Shown: one piece after another, positions 18,732-28,186 of the stretch
Layout of the letters: every line of letters starts with the position of its first letter
Position numbering within the stretch: position 1 is the stretch's first letter
NCBI GenBank assembly: GCA_016188385.1
Contig: JACPHV010000032.1
Location: forward strand, 5,174-69,173
Source of the DNA: Candidatus Uhrbacteria bacterium
GTDB lineage: Bacteria > Patescibacteriota > Patescibacteriia > JACQRZ01
Direction: 5' to 3'
DNA: 64,000 nucleotides
The notes under the pieces: generated by a model
Told to the model about the DNA's origin: nothing
Databases searched by the model: none
The model's input: only the letters and a program-made list of their open reading frames with translations
Translations under genes and position numbers: made by a program

Positions 18732-18760
18732 TTGCCGAGAACATAAAAGTGGAGTATAAT
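18732..18760 (+). promoter_or_regulatory. dcw/mraZ promoter
   Basis: TTGCCG-17 nt-TATAAT immediately before the MraZ boxes. Confidence 0.7.
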
Positions 18761-18769
18761 GGTCTATAC

Positions 18770-18795
18770 GTGGTGAAAAGTGGGAAAAAGTGGGG
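18770..18795 (+). promoter_or_regulatory. MraZ-binding direct repeats
   Basis: GTGGTG-AAAA-GTGGGA-AAAA-GTGGGG with a 10-bp period, as in known MraZ operators. Confidence 0.85.
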
Positions 18796-18927
18796 ATAAC
18801 TCGGGTTTTTTGTGCATAACCTGAAATCCCACAAAAAGTAATACAAATTCCACTCATAAGGCCACTTTTTAAAAAGCATCCCCATGCTTGTCGTGTCCTT
18901 CATTGTCCTCACGTATGGTGAGGTACT

Positions 18928-18991
18928 GGCAACCTTTGTCCGCTCCTCGCTCTTTCGAGCGAATGCACAGGAGCGGACAAATTGGTTTGCC
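18928..18991 (+). other. Strong branched hairpin in the mraZ 5' leader
   Basis: Perfect 13-bp TTTGTCCGCTCCT/AGGAGCGGACAAA stem enclosing CGCTC-TTTC-GAGCG, closed by GGCAACC/GGTTTGCC. Confidence 0.6.
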
Positions 18992-19035
18992 GCACGTAAA
19001 GATTGATACGAAACAGGGAGTAGGATTTCTTACCA

Positions 19036-19467
19036 ATGTTTATCGGAGAATACTACCATTCACTTGATACCAAAGGCCGTCTCGCGATACCGGTAAAATT
19101 TCGAGTTGAGCTGGAGAAAGGAGCAGTGGTGACCCGCGGGTTTGACCATTGTCTTTTTCTTTATCCGATGAAAGGATGGAATGCTTTAGCTGAAAAAATT
19201 GCCGCCTTGCCATTTAGTCAAGCAAATAGCCGTGCCTTCAGCCGCTTGCTGTTGGCCGGGGCAATGGATGTCCAGATTGATAAACAAGGGAGGGTTATTC
19301 TTCCTGATTATCTGCGCCAGTATGGCGGTTTATCTAAGAAAGTCGTTGTTGCCGGATTATATACTCGGCTGGAAATCTGGGACGAAGCATCATGGAAATC
19401 ATATAAAGCATGCGCGGAAAGCGACAGCAACGAAATCGCAGAAACACTGGGAGAGCTCGGCGTATGA
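19036..19467 (+). CDS. mraZ: Transcriptional regulator MraZ
   Basis: MFIGEY...DTKGRLAIP and DKQGRVILP repeats; first gene of the dcw cluster. Confidence 0.97.
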   Translation: MFIGEYYHSLDTKGRLAIPVKFRVELEKGAVVTRGFDHCLFLYPMKGWNALAEKIAALPFSQANSRAFSRLLLAGAMDVQIDKQGRVILPDYLRQYGGLSKKVVVAGLYTRLEIWDEASWKSYKACAESDSNEIAETLGELGV

Positions 19468-19476
19468 AGAGCTCCT

Positions 19477-20364
19477 ATGATTTTACATAAGACGGTTCTT
19501 TTACAAGAAGCGCTTCACTATCTTGATGTCAGAAGCAATGAGCATTATATCGACGCGACATTGGGGGGTGGAGGGCATACAGAATCAATTTTGGATCGCA
19601 ACGGCCCGAATGGAAAAGTGATCGCGTTTGATCTTGACGAGGATACTATCATTCGGACGCAAGAAAGACTCAAACGTTTTGGCGATCGGCTCGCAATCAT
19701 ACATGATAATTTTCGGCATATTGCGGCGGCATCCGACTACGATCTGCGCATTTCCGGGATTCTGTACGACCTCGGCCTCTCGACTGATCTGATCAAGAGC
19801 AGCGGACGAGGCTTCAGTTTTTTACGTGACGAGCCGCTTGACATGCGGTTTTCCATCGAGCAGCGACAGACTGCGGCGCATATCGTCAATACCCTCTCGG
19901 AGCAAAAATTAGCAGATTTGATCTATCGTTTCGGAGAGGAAAGGTATTCGAGACGTATCGCGCGAGCGATCGTAGCGCAGCGGCGGAAACAAAAGTTTTC
20001 CACCACCGCGGAGCTTGTGTCTATCATCGAACGGTCGGTCCCTCCGCCGTATCGACGCGGAAGAATTCATTGCGCCACACGTACGTTCCAAGCTTTGCGC
20101 GTGGCAGTCAACGATGAATTGGGTGCGCTTGAGAAATCACTCTCGGATGCCGCTGGATTGCTCAAGGCGGGCGGGACACTTGTGGTGATATCATTTCATT
20201 CTTTGGAAGATCGTATCGTGAAGTTATTTTTCCGAGTCCTCAAACAGCAGGGTAGTGCTGAGATTTTGACCAAAAAACCGGTCATTGCCCAAGAAGATGA
20301 AGTTTCCTTAAATCCGAATGCCCGCAGCGCAAAACTACGCGCAATAAAAATTTTGACTCTTTAA
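19477..20364 (+). CDS. rsmH: 16S rRNA m4C1402 methyltransferase RsmH (MraW)
   Basis: HKTVLL, DATLGGGGH, RGFSF...PLDMR, ISFHSLEDRIVK and NPNARSAKLR motifs. Confidence 0.97.
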   Translation: MILHKTVLLQEALHYLDVRSNEHYIDATLGGGGHTESILDRNGPNGKVIAFDLDEDTIIRTQERLKRFGDRLAIIHDNFRHIAAASDYDLRISGILYDLGLSTDLIKSSGRGFSFLRDEPLDMRFSIEQRQTAAHIVNTLSEQKLADLIYRFGEERYSRRIARAIVAQRRKQKFSTTAELVSIIERSVPPPYRRGRIHCATRTFQALRVAVNDELGALEKSLSDAAGLLKAGGTLVVISFHSLEDRIVKLFFRVLKQQGSAEILTKKPVIAQEDEVSLNPNARSAKLRAIKILTL

Positions 20365-20374
20365 CCACTCAATT

Positions 20375-20737
20375 GTGTCACCTTCATTTGGAAAAATATC
20401 ATATCGGTTCCAAACTCCTCGATGCGTCAAGGAGAAAAAGGCTGATTTTTCGTCTCAAAAGCTCCAACGTATCAATGGAGTTCTCTGCTTGACTATTTGT
20501 GCGATTGGGGTATGGTATTTGGCACAAATCAACAGTTTGGCTACCAAGGGGTATGCGATCAGGAATCTCGAAAAAGCGATTGCCGAACAGGTGAAGGCGC
20601 GAGAGCAGCTTGAAGTAACCATCGCTAAGGACAGCAGCATATTCGCGCTCAAGCAACGTATGGATGCGTTGCATCTTGTACGATCTGATCGAATCGAATA
20701 TATTAAGCCGCGGCAACCGGTCGCTGTCGCCCCCTGA
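20375..20737 (+). CDS. ftsL: FtsL-like cell division protein
   Basis: Short cytoplasmic N-terminus, one TM helix and a coiled coil; located between rsmH and the PBP gene. The start codon is uncertain. Confidence 0.7.
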   Translation: MSPSFGKISYRFQTPRCVKEKKADFSSQKLQRINGVLCLTICAIGVWYLAQINSLATKGYAIRNLEKAIAEQVKAREQLEVTIAKDSSIFALKQRMDALHLVRSDRIEYIKPRQPVAVAP

Positions 20738-20783
20738 CAGCGCCGCCGAGTTGTGAGAGTATCCGTGAAAAGTCAGTGGGGGG

Positions 20784-20826
20784 ATAAAGGCAACCAGCGT
20801 CTTTTCTGTTCGCTGGTTGCCTTTAT
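20784..20826 (+). terminator. 16-bp perfect inverted repeat inside the dcw cluster
   Basis: ATAAAGGCAACCAGCG-11 nt-CGCTGGTTGCCTTTAT. Confidence 0.6.
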
Positions 20827-20859
20827 GTAATCACTGAACATGTCCGCGCTTGATGACAA

Positions 20860-22791
20860 GTGCTGATATACCATGGTATGCGCATACTGCCGATATCACG
20901 AAATCACCGCCGTAGAGAGTCGCGTCAAAAATCGCCGTACCCCCATGCTCGACTTACTCTATTTCAAGGCTTGATTGTCATGATCGCTTTGTTGTTTGGC
21001 TATCGACTTTTTGATCTTCAGATAATAAGCCACGCGGATTACCGTGCCGCAGCAGATGGTGGATATCTTTATTCAAAAAAACTCATCCCAAAACGCGGTG
21101 AAATTTTTGTGCGAGACTTAAAAGGAAGTCTGACGATCTCTGAAGGCGCTATCAAGCTCGAAGACGGCTCGAAATTGTTTCCCGCCGTTACTAATCGTGA
21201 ATATGCGACAGTATACGCGATTCCAAAACACATCGCAGATCCGGCAAAAACTGCGGAATTGCTCGCCCCATTGCTCGGGTATGTGAATAGTGAGACAGAT
21301 CAGCAACCCACAGAAACGCCGGATGATGACGGCACGAGTCCCAAGCAGGAACATAACAATGAAATGCCAAAGGAAGAAATTGTCGATCAATTGGAGCTTC
21401 TGAAGTCAAAGTTATCAAAACCCGAAGATTTGTATGAGGTTTTGAGGCGAAAAGTTGATTTTGAGACAGTTGAGAAAATTCGAGAACTATCCATCGGCGG
21501 GATTGGTTTTTCCCCGGAATGGTATCGCACATATCCGGAGAAGGGACTGGGCGGACAGCTCTTTGGATATGTCGGTTATCGCGGCGAGGAGCTGCGCGGG
21601 CTGTATGGGCTGGAAGGATACTATAATGAGATTCTGAAAGGCAAAGAAGGATCTCTCCGTCTCGAGACGGATGCGCGAGGCGCTTTGATCCCCATCGGTG
21701 ACAAGCGTGTCGTCGATGCAATCGACGGAGATGATTTGGTATTGACGATTGATCGAACTGTCCAAATAGTGGCATGCGATCGTTTGATGTCTTGGGTCGC
21801 GAAGCATGAGGCCGATGGCGGAACGGTCATAATCCTTAACCCAAAGACAGGCGCCCTACTCGCTATGTGTTCCGTACCTGATTTCGATCCGGAAAATTAT
21901 CGAGAGCATACTTTACGTTCATACAACAATCCTGCGATTTTTTCGCCTTATGAGCCTGGTTCCATCTTTAAACCTATCACCATGGCTATAGGCATTGAGC
22001 TTGGACTCGTTGACCCAAATACAGTTTATACGGATACGGGATCCGTCACATTGAATTCATTTACCATCAAGAATTCAGATTATAAAGCTCACGGTAAACA
22101 GACAATGACCGACGTACTAAACAAGTCGTTAAATACCGGAGTTATCTTTGTCGCAAAAAAAATCGGAATCGAACGGTTCCGAAGCTATGTCAGGGATTTT
22201 GGGTTTGGAAGCCTCACTGGAATTGAGATGGATACGGAGGTTCCAGGCACGATCTCCTCTTTACAAGAGAAACGGGAGATCTATCTCGCCACCGCTTCCT
22301 TTGGGCAAGGGATCACGGTGACGCCGCTGCAGATAGCAAGCGCCTTTGGAGCGCTGGCAAATGGCGGCAATCTAATGCAGCCCTATATTGTAGATGAGAT
22401 TATCAAACCGGACGGCAAGAGGAAGAAAACACAACCCAAAATCATTCGACGCGTTATCTCCGAGCGCACCGCCACATTGGTTGGAGGAATGCTCGTCACC
22501 GTCGTACGTAAGGGCCACGGCAAGCGCGCGGGAGTGGATGGGTACTTTATCGCCGGCAAGACAGGCACTGCTCAAGTGCCGAAAAAAGACGGGCGCGGGT
22601 ATGACCCTCATATTACCATCGGTTCGTTTGTCGGATTTGCTCCCGTGGATGATCCGCAATTCGTCATGCTCGTGAAAATTGATCGGCCCCGATCCGTTCA
22701 GTGGGCAGAGAGCTCCGCGGCTCCGTTATTTGGCGAATTGGCGGAGTTTTTGCTACACTATCTTGAGATTCCGCCCGGGGAAACAGAGTAA
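20860..22791 (+). CDS. ftsI: Class B penicillin-binding protein (FtsI/PBP3)
   Basis: N-terminal TM helix; RGEIF, GLEG, SxxK (GSIFKP), SxN (SLN) and KTGT motifs. The start may be the ATG at 20878. Confidence 0.9.
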   Translation: MLIYHGMRILPISRNHRRRESRQKSPYPHARLTLFQGLIVMIALLFGYRLFDLQIISHADYRAAADGGYLYSKKLIPKRGEIFVRDLKGSLTISEGAIKLEDGSKLFPAVTNREYATVYAIPKHIADPAKTAELLAPLLGYVNSETDQQPTETPDDDGTSPKQEHNNEMPKEEIVDQLELLKSKLSKPEDLYEVLRRKVDFETVEKIRELSIGGIGFSPEWYRTYPEKGLGGQLFGYVGYRGEELRGLYGLEGYYNEILKGKEGSLRLETDARGALIPIGDKRVVDAIDGDDLVLTIDRTVQIVACDRLMSWVAKHEADGGTVIILNPKTGALLAMCSVPDFDPENYREHTLRSYNNPAIFSPYEPGSIFKPITMAIGIELGLVDPNTVYTDTGSVTLNSFTIKNSDYKAHGKQTMTDVLNKSLNTGVIFVAKKIGIERFRSYVRDFGFGSLTGIEMDTEVPGTISSLQEKREIYLATASFGQGITVTPLQIASAFGALANGGNLMQPYIVDEIIKPDGKRKKTQPKIIRRVISERTATLVGGMLVTVVRKGHGKRAGVDGYFIAGKTGTAQVPKKDGRGYDPHITIGSFVGFAPVDDPQFVMLVKIDRPRSVQWAESSAAPLFGELAEFLLHYLEIPPGETE

Positions 22792-22814
22792 GATTAATTC
22801 ATGAGTCTGTGAGT

Positions 22815-24113
22815 ATGAGAAAAAAATTGCTTCAGAACATATTGGCATTTTTTTCAAAAAAAATTCTTGCAAAGTATCACCCGGATGTGATCGGTATTAC
22901 CGGTTCAATCGGGAAGACCTCTACGAAAGACGCGATAGCGCTTGTGCTTTCCGCGCACTTTCGAAGTCGCGCAAGTGAAAAAAATTACAACACGGAAGTC
23001 GGCGTGCCGCTTACCATTATAGGTGTGCGCCATCCGGGACATTCCATTGCAGGCTGGATTATGTTATGTGCGAAGGCGGCGCGTCTTTGCCTGTATACAG
23101 ACGCGGCATATCCTCAAGTTCTCGTATTGGAAATGGGCGCCGATCGGCCGGGTGATATCGCGTATCTCACAGGTCTTGCGCCTTGCAATGTAGGAGTGCT
23201 CACCGCGATTAGCGAAGCGCATCTGGAGAATTTCGGATCACCGGAACAGTTGCTTGCCGAAAAGAGGATCATCTACGAACATCTTGCGCCTGATGCTACT
23301 GCTGTCTTGAATTCCGATGATCCCTATGTATACCCGCCCACAGCTTACCTGCACGCTAAGATGATTACGTTTGGGATGAGCGAAGACGCGGATGTGCGTG
23401 CGGATAGCGTTTTACGCCCCCTTAGATTTATTGAGGGTTCAGAAGAATACGGCGGCATCCGTTGTGTGATCCATCTGAACAGAGAAAGTCAGCAAGCTTC
23501 CTTCCCGCGGATATTTCGGCAGGAGCATCTCTCGTGCGTATTGGCCGCGATCGCTGTCGGATACAGATTTCACATTCCTTTGGACGTGATGCTTGAGCGT
23601 CTGCGTGAGTATGAGGCGCCCCCAGGCCGTTCGCGGTTACTGCCAGGCATCAAACATACGCTACTTATCGATGATACCTACAACGCATCGCCCAAAGCCA
23701 CTCGTGCCGCTCTTGATGCTTTGTTAGGATTTGATATCGGGCCAGACGCGCGCAGGATCGCAGTGCTTGGCGATATGAAAGAACTCGGTTCCTATGCTCA
23801 TGAAGAACACCGCAAGATGGGGGAATACTGCGCTCGCGCCGGCATTGATTTGCTCATTACGGTCGGACCGCTTGCAAAAACCATTGCGCAAGCTGCGATA
23901 GAGCATGGTATGGATACGGAATCGATTGAATCTTTTGACCTTGCGGCGTCTGCTGGGAGATACTTGCAGAATAAGATGAAACGTGGTGATGTAGTGCTCA
24001 TCAAAGGTTCGCAGGATGTACGGCTTGAGCGGGTAGTAGAAGAAGTAATGGCTGATCCGGAACAAGCCGCGAAACTTCTTGTGCGTCAGGAGCCATTTTG
24101 GAGATCATGTTAA
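22815..24113 (+). CDS. murF: UDP-MurNAc-tripeptide--D-Ala-D-Ala ligase
   Basis: ITGSIGKTSTK, NYNTEVGVPLT, LEMG, DDTYNASP, LGDMKELG and LIKGS motifs. Confidence 0.93.
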   Translation: MRKKLLQNILAFFSKKILAKYHPDVIGITGSIGKTSTKDAIALVLSAHFRSRASEKNYNTEVGVPLTIIGVRHPGHSIAGWIMLCAKAARLCLYTDAAYPQVLVLEMGADRPGDIAYLTGLAPCNVGVLTAISEAHLENFGSPEQLLAEKRIIYEHLAPDATAVLNSDDPYVYPPTAYLHAKMITFGMSEDADVRADSVLRPLRFIEGSEEYGGIRCVIHLNRESQQASFPRIFRQEHLSCVLAAIAVGYRFHIPLDVMLERLREYEAPPGRSRLLPGIKHTLLIDDTYNASPKATRAALDALLGFDIGPDARRIAVLGDMKELGSYAHEEHRKMGEYCARAGIDLLITVGPLAKTIAQAAIEHGMDTESIESFDLAASAGRYLQNKMKRGDVVLIKGSQDVRLERVVEEVMADPEQAAKLLVRQEPFWRSC

Positions 24114-24118
24114 TGTAT

Positions 24119-24193
24119 GGCCTCATCGTCTAGTGGTTAGGACGACAGGTTCTCATCCTGTAAACCGGGGTTCGATTCCCCGTGGGGCTACCA
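24119..24193 (+). tRNA. tRNA-Glu(CTC)
   Basis: Cloverleaf GGCCTCA...TGGGGCT-A-CCA; anticodon arm ACAGG-TTCTCAT-CCTGT; T-loop GGTTCGATTCC. Confidence 0.96.
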
Positions 24194-24218
24194 GTACAAA
24201 GAGTATGTTCTTGATGGC

Positions 24219-24884
24219 ATGAAACAACTCATAACAATTTTTTTACTCTTTATTGCGGGAGGAGCTCTTCTGTTTTCAAATAATATGTTCGGATTTTTTG
24301 ACAAAAACTCACAGTCGGCTGAAGAAAAATTTTGGAAGTGGTTTGTGGCAAATGAACAGATGCTATTTTCATTTCAAGAAAATCAGGATCAGGTTTTTGA
24401 TATGCTCACCAGTGAATTATCCAAAGTGAACAAAAATCTCACGTTTGAATTCGGTCCGGTCCGTGAGCAGAAGCGAGAATTTGTCATCAGCGCTGGAGGT
24501 ATTCGTGACACGTTTCCTTTTGTTGAACGTCTGGCTACACAAGCTCCGCCATTGGAAAAGTGGAAAATCACAAAATTTCGACCGCGGAGACCCCTTTCTG
24601 ATACCGTGATTGATTTTAAGGGGAAAACTTTTTCTCCGGACGATATATTCTTCAAGCTACACGATAGAGACGGGAAGATTGGCATTCAACTTTTTATCAA
24701 AGGGTACAATGAAGATAAAGATGTATTTGACGAACTCGTTTTTATTTTTTTGGACGCGGCGCTTGGAGAATATGACGTGGAGACAAAAGTCGCTTCCATT
24801 GATTTTTTTGACACCGATACCAGCGATTTTGCCAATGCAAAGCCCATGACTGAACTTGCAACCGACTTTGACGCAATGCAGTAA
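24219..24884 (+). CDS. Conserved hypothetical protein (FWxWF...EFGP...REFVISAGG family)
   Basis: 221-aa AT-rich ORF directly after tRNA-Glu; N-terminal hydrophobic segment; FLDAALGEYDV motif. Confidence 0.75.
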   Translation: MKQLITIFLLFIAGGALLFSNNMFGFFDKNSQSAEEKFWKWFVANEQMLFSFQENQDQVFDMLTSELSKVNKNLTFEFGPVREQKREFVISAGGIRDTFPFVERLATQAPPLEKWKITKFRPRRPLSDTVIDFKGKTFSPDDIFFKLHDRDGKIGIQLFIKGYNEDKDVFDELVFIFLDAALGEYDVETKVASIDFFDTDTSDFANAKPMTELATDFDAMQ

Positions 24885-25118
24885 GTTAGGAGGCGACGTC
24901 AGGAAGAATGGGTACTTGACAGACTGCCACCGCCCTCATCGCTCTCAAGAGAGAGTTGCAGCGTTCATAGAGCTATGACGCATTGGATAACAAAAATAGG
25001 TTCGGATTTGGTTGTATAACCATAGCAAAATATTATATAGGGGCTTTATAAAACAAGACCGCCGGACAGGAATGGCGGTCAAAACGCGGGATCGAGGAAC
25101 AATCGAGGGAAAACAGAA

Positions 25119-25415
25119 CTAGCGGCAATGAGGGTGGCCTCTTTGCTGGCGGTAGATGCCAATCCACTCGCGGTAGAGCTCTTGCAGCTCCTGCAAGTGG
25201 CGACAATTCTTGAGGAGTGTCTCGGTATGATTCGAATTAATCAGAATCAGCACTTCCTCCGCGAGCACCTCCGCTCTCGCGAATTTGGAGAGAAATCGCT
25301 CAACGATGTCGCCGAGCCCTTTGTCCAATGCGCAGTGCAGCGCAGGGTTTCCAGGTAATGCCTCTTTAACCCTCTGCACAAAATGTACCGGATAGGATTC
25401 CGGTTGAACGTTCAT
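25119..25415 (-). CDS. Small hypothetical protein
   Basis: MNVQPESYPVHFVQRVKEALP...LHCALDKG; helical; the ATG at 25415 lies within the 3' end of the upstream ORF. Confidence 0.55.
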   Translation of the reverse strand: MNVQPESYPVHFVQRVKEALPGNPALHCALDKGLGDIVERFLSKFARAEVLAEEVLILINSNHTETLLKNCRHLQELQELYREWIGIYRQQRGHPHCR

Positions 25416-25671
25416 CTTTTTCCTCCACTTTTTTGAGGCAGTCAACAGGGACCGCCATACTCACCCCATCTGCTGTTACTATCTCCGGTCCTCGACCGAT
25501 ACGGACAGAATACCCTTCAAGTCGACTGTATAAGCCGATCTCGCCCGTGGTATGTCCGATCGCACATTTTATCAAGGAACGCCGTTGTACGTGGTCAGTG
25601 TATCTTTCTTTAAGCACAACTTTGGTATTGCGCGGAAATTCTCGCGCAATTGCTTCTTCCACTATATTCAT
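25366..25671 (-). CDS. Small hypothetical protein
   Basis: ATG at 25671 preceded by AAGGAGG on the minus strand; MNIVEEAIAREFP... Confidence 0.5.
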   Translation of the reverse strand: MNIVEEAIAREFPRNTKVVLKERYTDHVQRRSLIKCAIGHTTGEIGLYSRLEGYSVRIGRGPEIVTADGVSMAVPVDCLKKVEEKDERSTGILSGTFCAEG

Positions 25672-25767
25672 TGAGCCAACGCCTCCTTGGCCGACACTAT
25701 AGCATATGAATGTTGGCAGTCCAGTTTTCATGCAAACTATCTTGATGCAAACATCATAAAAACCTCG

Positions 25768-25796
25768 TTGACCCGCAATAGGTAAAGTGGTATTCT
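25768..25796 (+). promoter_or_regulatory. Sigma70-type promoter (near-leaderless transcript)
   Basis: TTGACC-17 nt-TATTCT with a TGG extension, 7 nt before the ATG at 25804. Confidence 0.55.
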
Positions 25797-25803
25797 GCAT
25801 ACT

Positions 25804-26745
25804 ATGCGATCCGCTATTTTATTTATCGCGTTTGTATGCATGTTCGTTTTTTCACTGCCTGCATACGCGCAGCAGAAGTTTGAATTTGATGTTGCCGCCT
25901 CGGTGGGAAGCATTACTTTCGTGCCTCCGCAGATTAAAGCAGGTGAGTCGTTGCGAATTTATGGTACGATTGTAAACGTCGGCGAAAAAGATCTTACGGG
26001 TCACGTCGGCTTTTATCAAGGAACATTTCTGATTGGCGAACCGCAGCCTTTTTCCCTGAAAGCAAATGGAGTGCCTGAAGAAGTATGGGTAGATTGGATA
26101 CCGCCGGAAGGTACTTATAATATCATGATGACGATCCTGCAGACAAAACCGGAAGATCAAAATCCCTCCAATAACGTTTCCTTAACCCCCCTGCTTACCG
26201 TCAGAAAACCCATCGCGCCGCCGGTAGCGCCGTTGAAGCAAGTACCATTGCCCTCCACGATCAGTGCTGTTGAACCTGTCCCGTCTTCGGTATCTGAACC
26301 GTCTGTTCCGACCGTAAAGATCGAAAAAGTTCAACCGACTACAGTATCAACGCCGCCAATACGGCAATCATCGCCCATCAAGGCACCTACAAATGCATCA
26401 TCAACGATCAAAGAGCCAACCGATACGAAGCAGGAGCAATTATCAAAAACACAGGCAATTCGGGAAGTCCCGATAGCGGAGGCAACGAGTACAAACAGCA
26501 TGGCAACGACCACTGAACCGACTCAACTGCTCGTACAACAGTATTCAGAGCAGCTAAAAAAATCAGCGCAAGAACGTATCGAATCTTTTGCAGATGAGAA
26601 TCCCGCGGAAGAAGTCGCTCCACAGAATAACGGCACAGTGTCGGATGAGGGACTGTCAAGCGGCTTTATCATGATTGGGTCAAGCGCGGCGGTGGCGTTT
26701 CTATTGATAGGACTACTCTTTTTTAAGCGGAGCGGGATATTGTGA
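25804..26745 (+). CDS. Surface protein: CARDB/Ig-like domain, Pro/Thr/Ser-rich stalk, C-terminal TM anchor
   Basis: Signal peptide; TIVNVG...W.PPEGTY...DQNPSNN (CARDB-like); C-terminal hydrophobic helix followed by KR. Confidence 0.8.
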   Translation: MRSAILFIAFVCMFVFSLPAYAQQKFEFDVAASVGSITFVPPQIKAGESLRIYGTIVNVGEKDLTGHVGFYQGTFLIGEPQPFSLKANGVPEEVWVDWIPPEGTYNIMMTILQTKPEDQNPSNNVSLTPLLTVRKPIAPPVAPLKQVPLPSTISAVEPVPSSVSEPSVPTVKIEKVQPTTVSTPPIRQSSPIKAPTNASSTIKEPTDTKQEQLSKTQAIREVPIAEATSTNSMATTTEPTQLLVQQYSEQLKKSAQERIESFADENPAEEVAPQNNGTVSDEGLSSGFIMIGSSAAVAFLLIGLLFFKRSGIL

Positions 26746-26758
26746 TAAGTATCATTGT

Positions 26759-28186
26759 ATGAAGAAACAAGCAGATATCGGAATGATCGGTTTGGCAGTC
26801 ATGGGGCAGAATCTCGTCTTAAACATGGCTGATCATGGCTACACGGTTGCCGTATATAATCGCACAGTGGAAATAACGGATGAGTTTCTAGATCATGAAG
26901 CGTCCGGCAAGCCAATCCTTGGAGCGCGTTCCGTCCAAGAACTCGTTTCACAGGTGCAAAAACCTCGCAAGATCATGCTCATGGTTAAGGCGGGTGCGCC
27001 GGTTGATGCGGTGATTGAACAGCTTCTCCCCTTTCTTGATAACGGCGATATCATCATTGATGGCGGAAATTCCTTTTTCAAAGATACGATACGCAGGCAG
27101 AAGTATCTCGAAGGGAAGGGATTACGTTTTATCGGAACAGGCGTCTCGGGAGGGGAAGAAGGAGCACGGCACGGCCCATCCATCATGCCCGGCGGATCGG
27201 CATCCGCATGGCCGGAGATAAAAAAAATCTTTCAGGATATATCCGCGAAAGTAGGACCGAATAATGACGTGCCATGTTGTGACTGGATCGGACAGGACGG
27301 CGCGGGGCATTTTGTAAAAATGGTGCACAACGGGATCGAGTACGGCGACATGGAATTGATCAGCGAAGCATATTTTGTATTAAAGACGATCCTCAACAAA
27401 TCTCCTGATGAAATGGGAGCGCTCTTTGAACGATGGAACGAAGGAGTGCTCGATTCCTATCTCGTTGAAATCACCGCCGCCATTTTACAAAAACGCGATG
27501 ATATGTCCGGCAATTACTTGATTGATATGATTCTTGACAAGGCCGGACAAAAGGGCACAGGAGTATGGACATCGATCACAGCGCTTGAGTTGGGGGTGCC
27601 GATACCTACGTTAATGGAAGCTACTGTCGCGCGCGCGGTCAGTGCCGCAAAAAAAGAAAGACTTGAGATCGTGAAGAGTCTCGGAGCTCCGAACGGGAAA
27701 AAGGAAGTTCATGATCCAAACGCGCTCATTCGTTCGCTGCATGACGCCCTCTATGCAGCGAAGATTCTTTCGTACACGCAGGGCTTTCAGCTGATGAGAG
27801 CAGCTTCGGATGAATACGCATGGAATCTTGACTACGGGCGCATCGCCTATCTCTGGCGCGGCGGTTGCATTATTCGCGCCCGCTTTCTCGAACAAATAAA
27901 ACAGGCATTTGATGATCATCGCGATCTTAAGAATCTCATGCTTGCTCCGTATTTTTCCCAGACTCTTTTAGCCGCGGAAAAGCAGTTGCGGGACATCGTA
28001 TGCACGGCAACACAGTCCGGTGTTCCCGTTCCGGCATTTTCATCCGCACTTGCATACTTTGACGCGTTTCGCACAGAAGTGCTGCCCGCACATATGATTC
28101 AAGCCCAGCGAGATTATTTCGGAGCGCATACGTATGAGAGGATCGATCGAGCGGGAACCTTCCATACCGAATGGACGAAACCGTAA
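26759..28186 (+). CDS. gnd: 6-phosphogluconate dehydrogenase, NADP+-dependent, decarboxylating
   Basis: GLAVMGQNL, DGGNS, SGGEEGARHGPS, VHNGIEYGDM and QAQRDYFGAHTY motifs. Confidence 0.97.
   Translation: MKKQADIGMIGLAVMGQNLVLNMADHGYTVAVYNRTVEITDEFLDHEASGKPILGARSVQELVSQVQKPRKIMLMVKAGAPVDAVIEQLLPFLDNGDIIIDGGNSFFKDTIRRQKYLEGKGLRFIGTGVSGGEEGARHGPSIMPGGSASAWPEIKKIFQDISAKVGPNNDVPCCDWIGQDGAGHFVKMVHNGIEYGDMELISEAYFVLKTILNKSPDEMGALFERWNEGVLDSYLVEITAAILQKRDDMSGNYLIDMILDKAGQKGTGVWTSITALELGVPIPTLMEATVARAVSAAKKERLEIVKSLGAPNGKKEVHDPNALIRSLHDALYAAKILSYTQGFQLMRAASDEYAWNLDYGRIAYLWRGGCIIRARFLEQIKQAFDDHRDLKNLMLAPYFSQTLLAAEKQLRDIVCTATQSGVPVPAFSSALAYFDAFRTEVLPAHMIQAQRDYFGAHTYERIDRAGTFHTEWTKP

Noticed and set aside
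18745..18795. AAAAGTGG short repeats as a possible CRISPR array or iterons
   Set aside because: The 10-bp period with no spacers, directly upstream of mraZ, is explained by MraZ operators. No cas genes are in the window.
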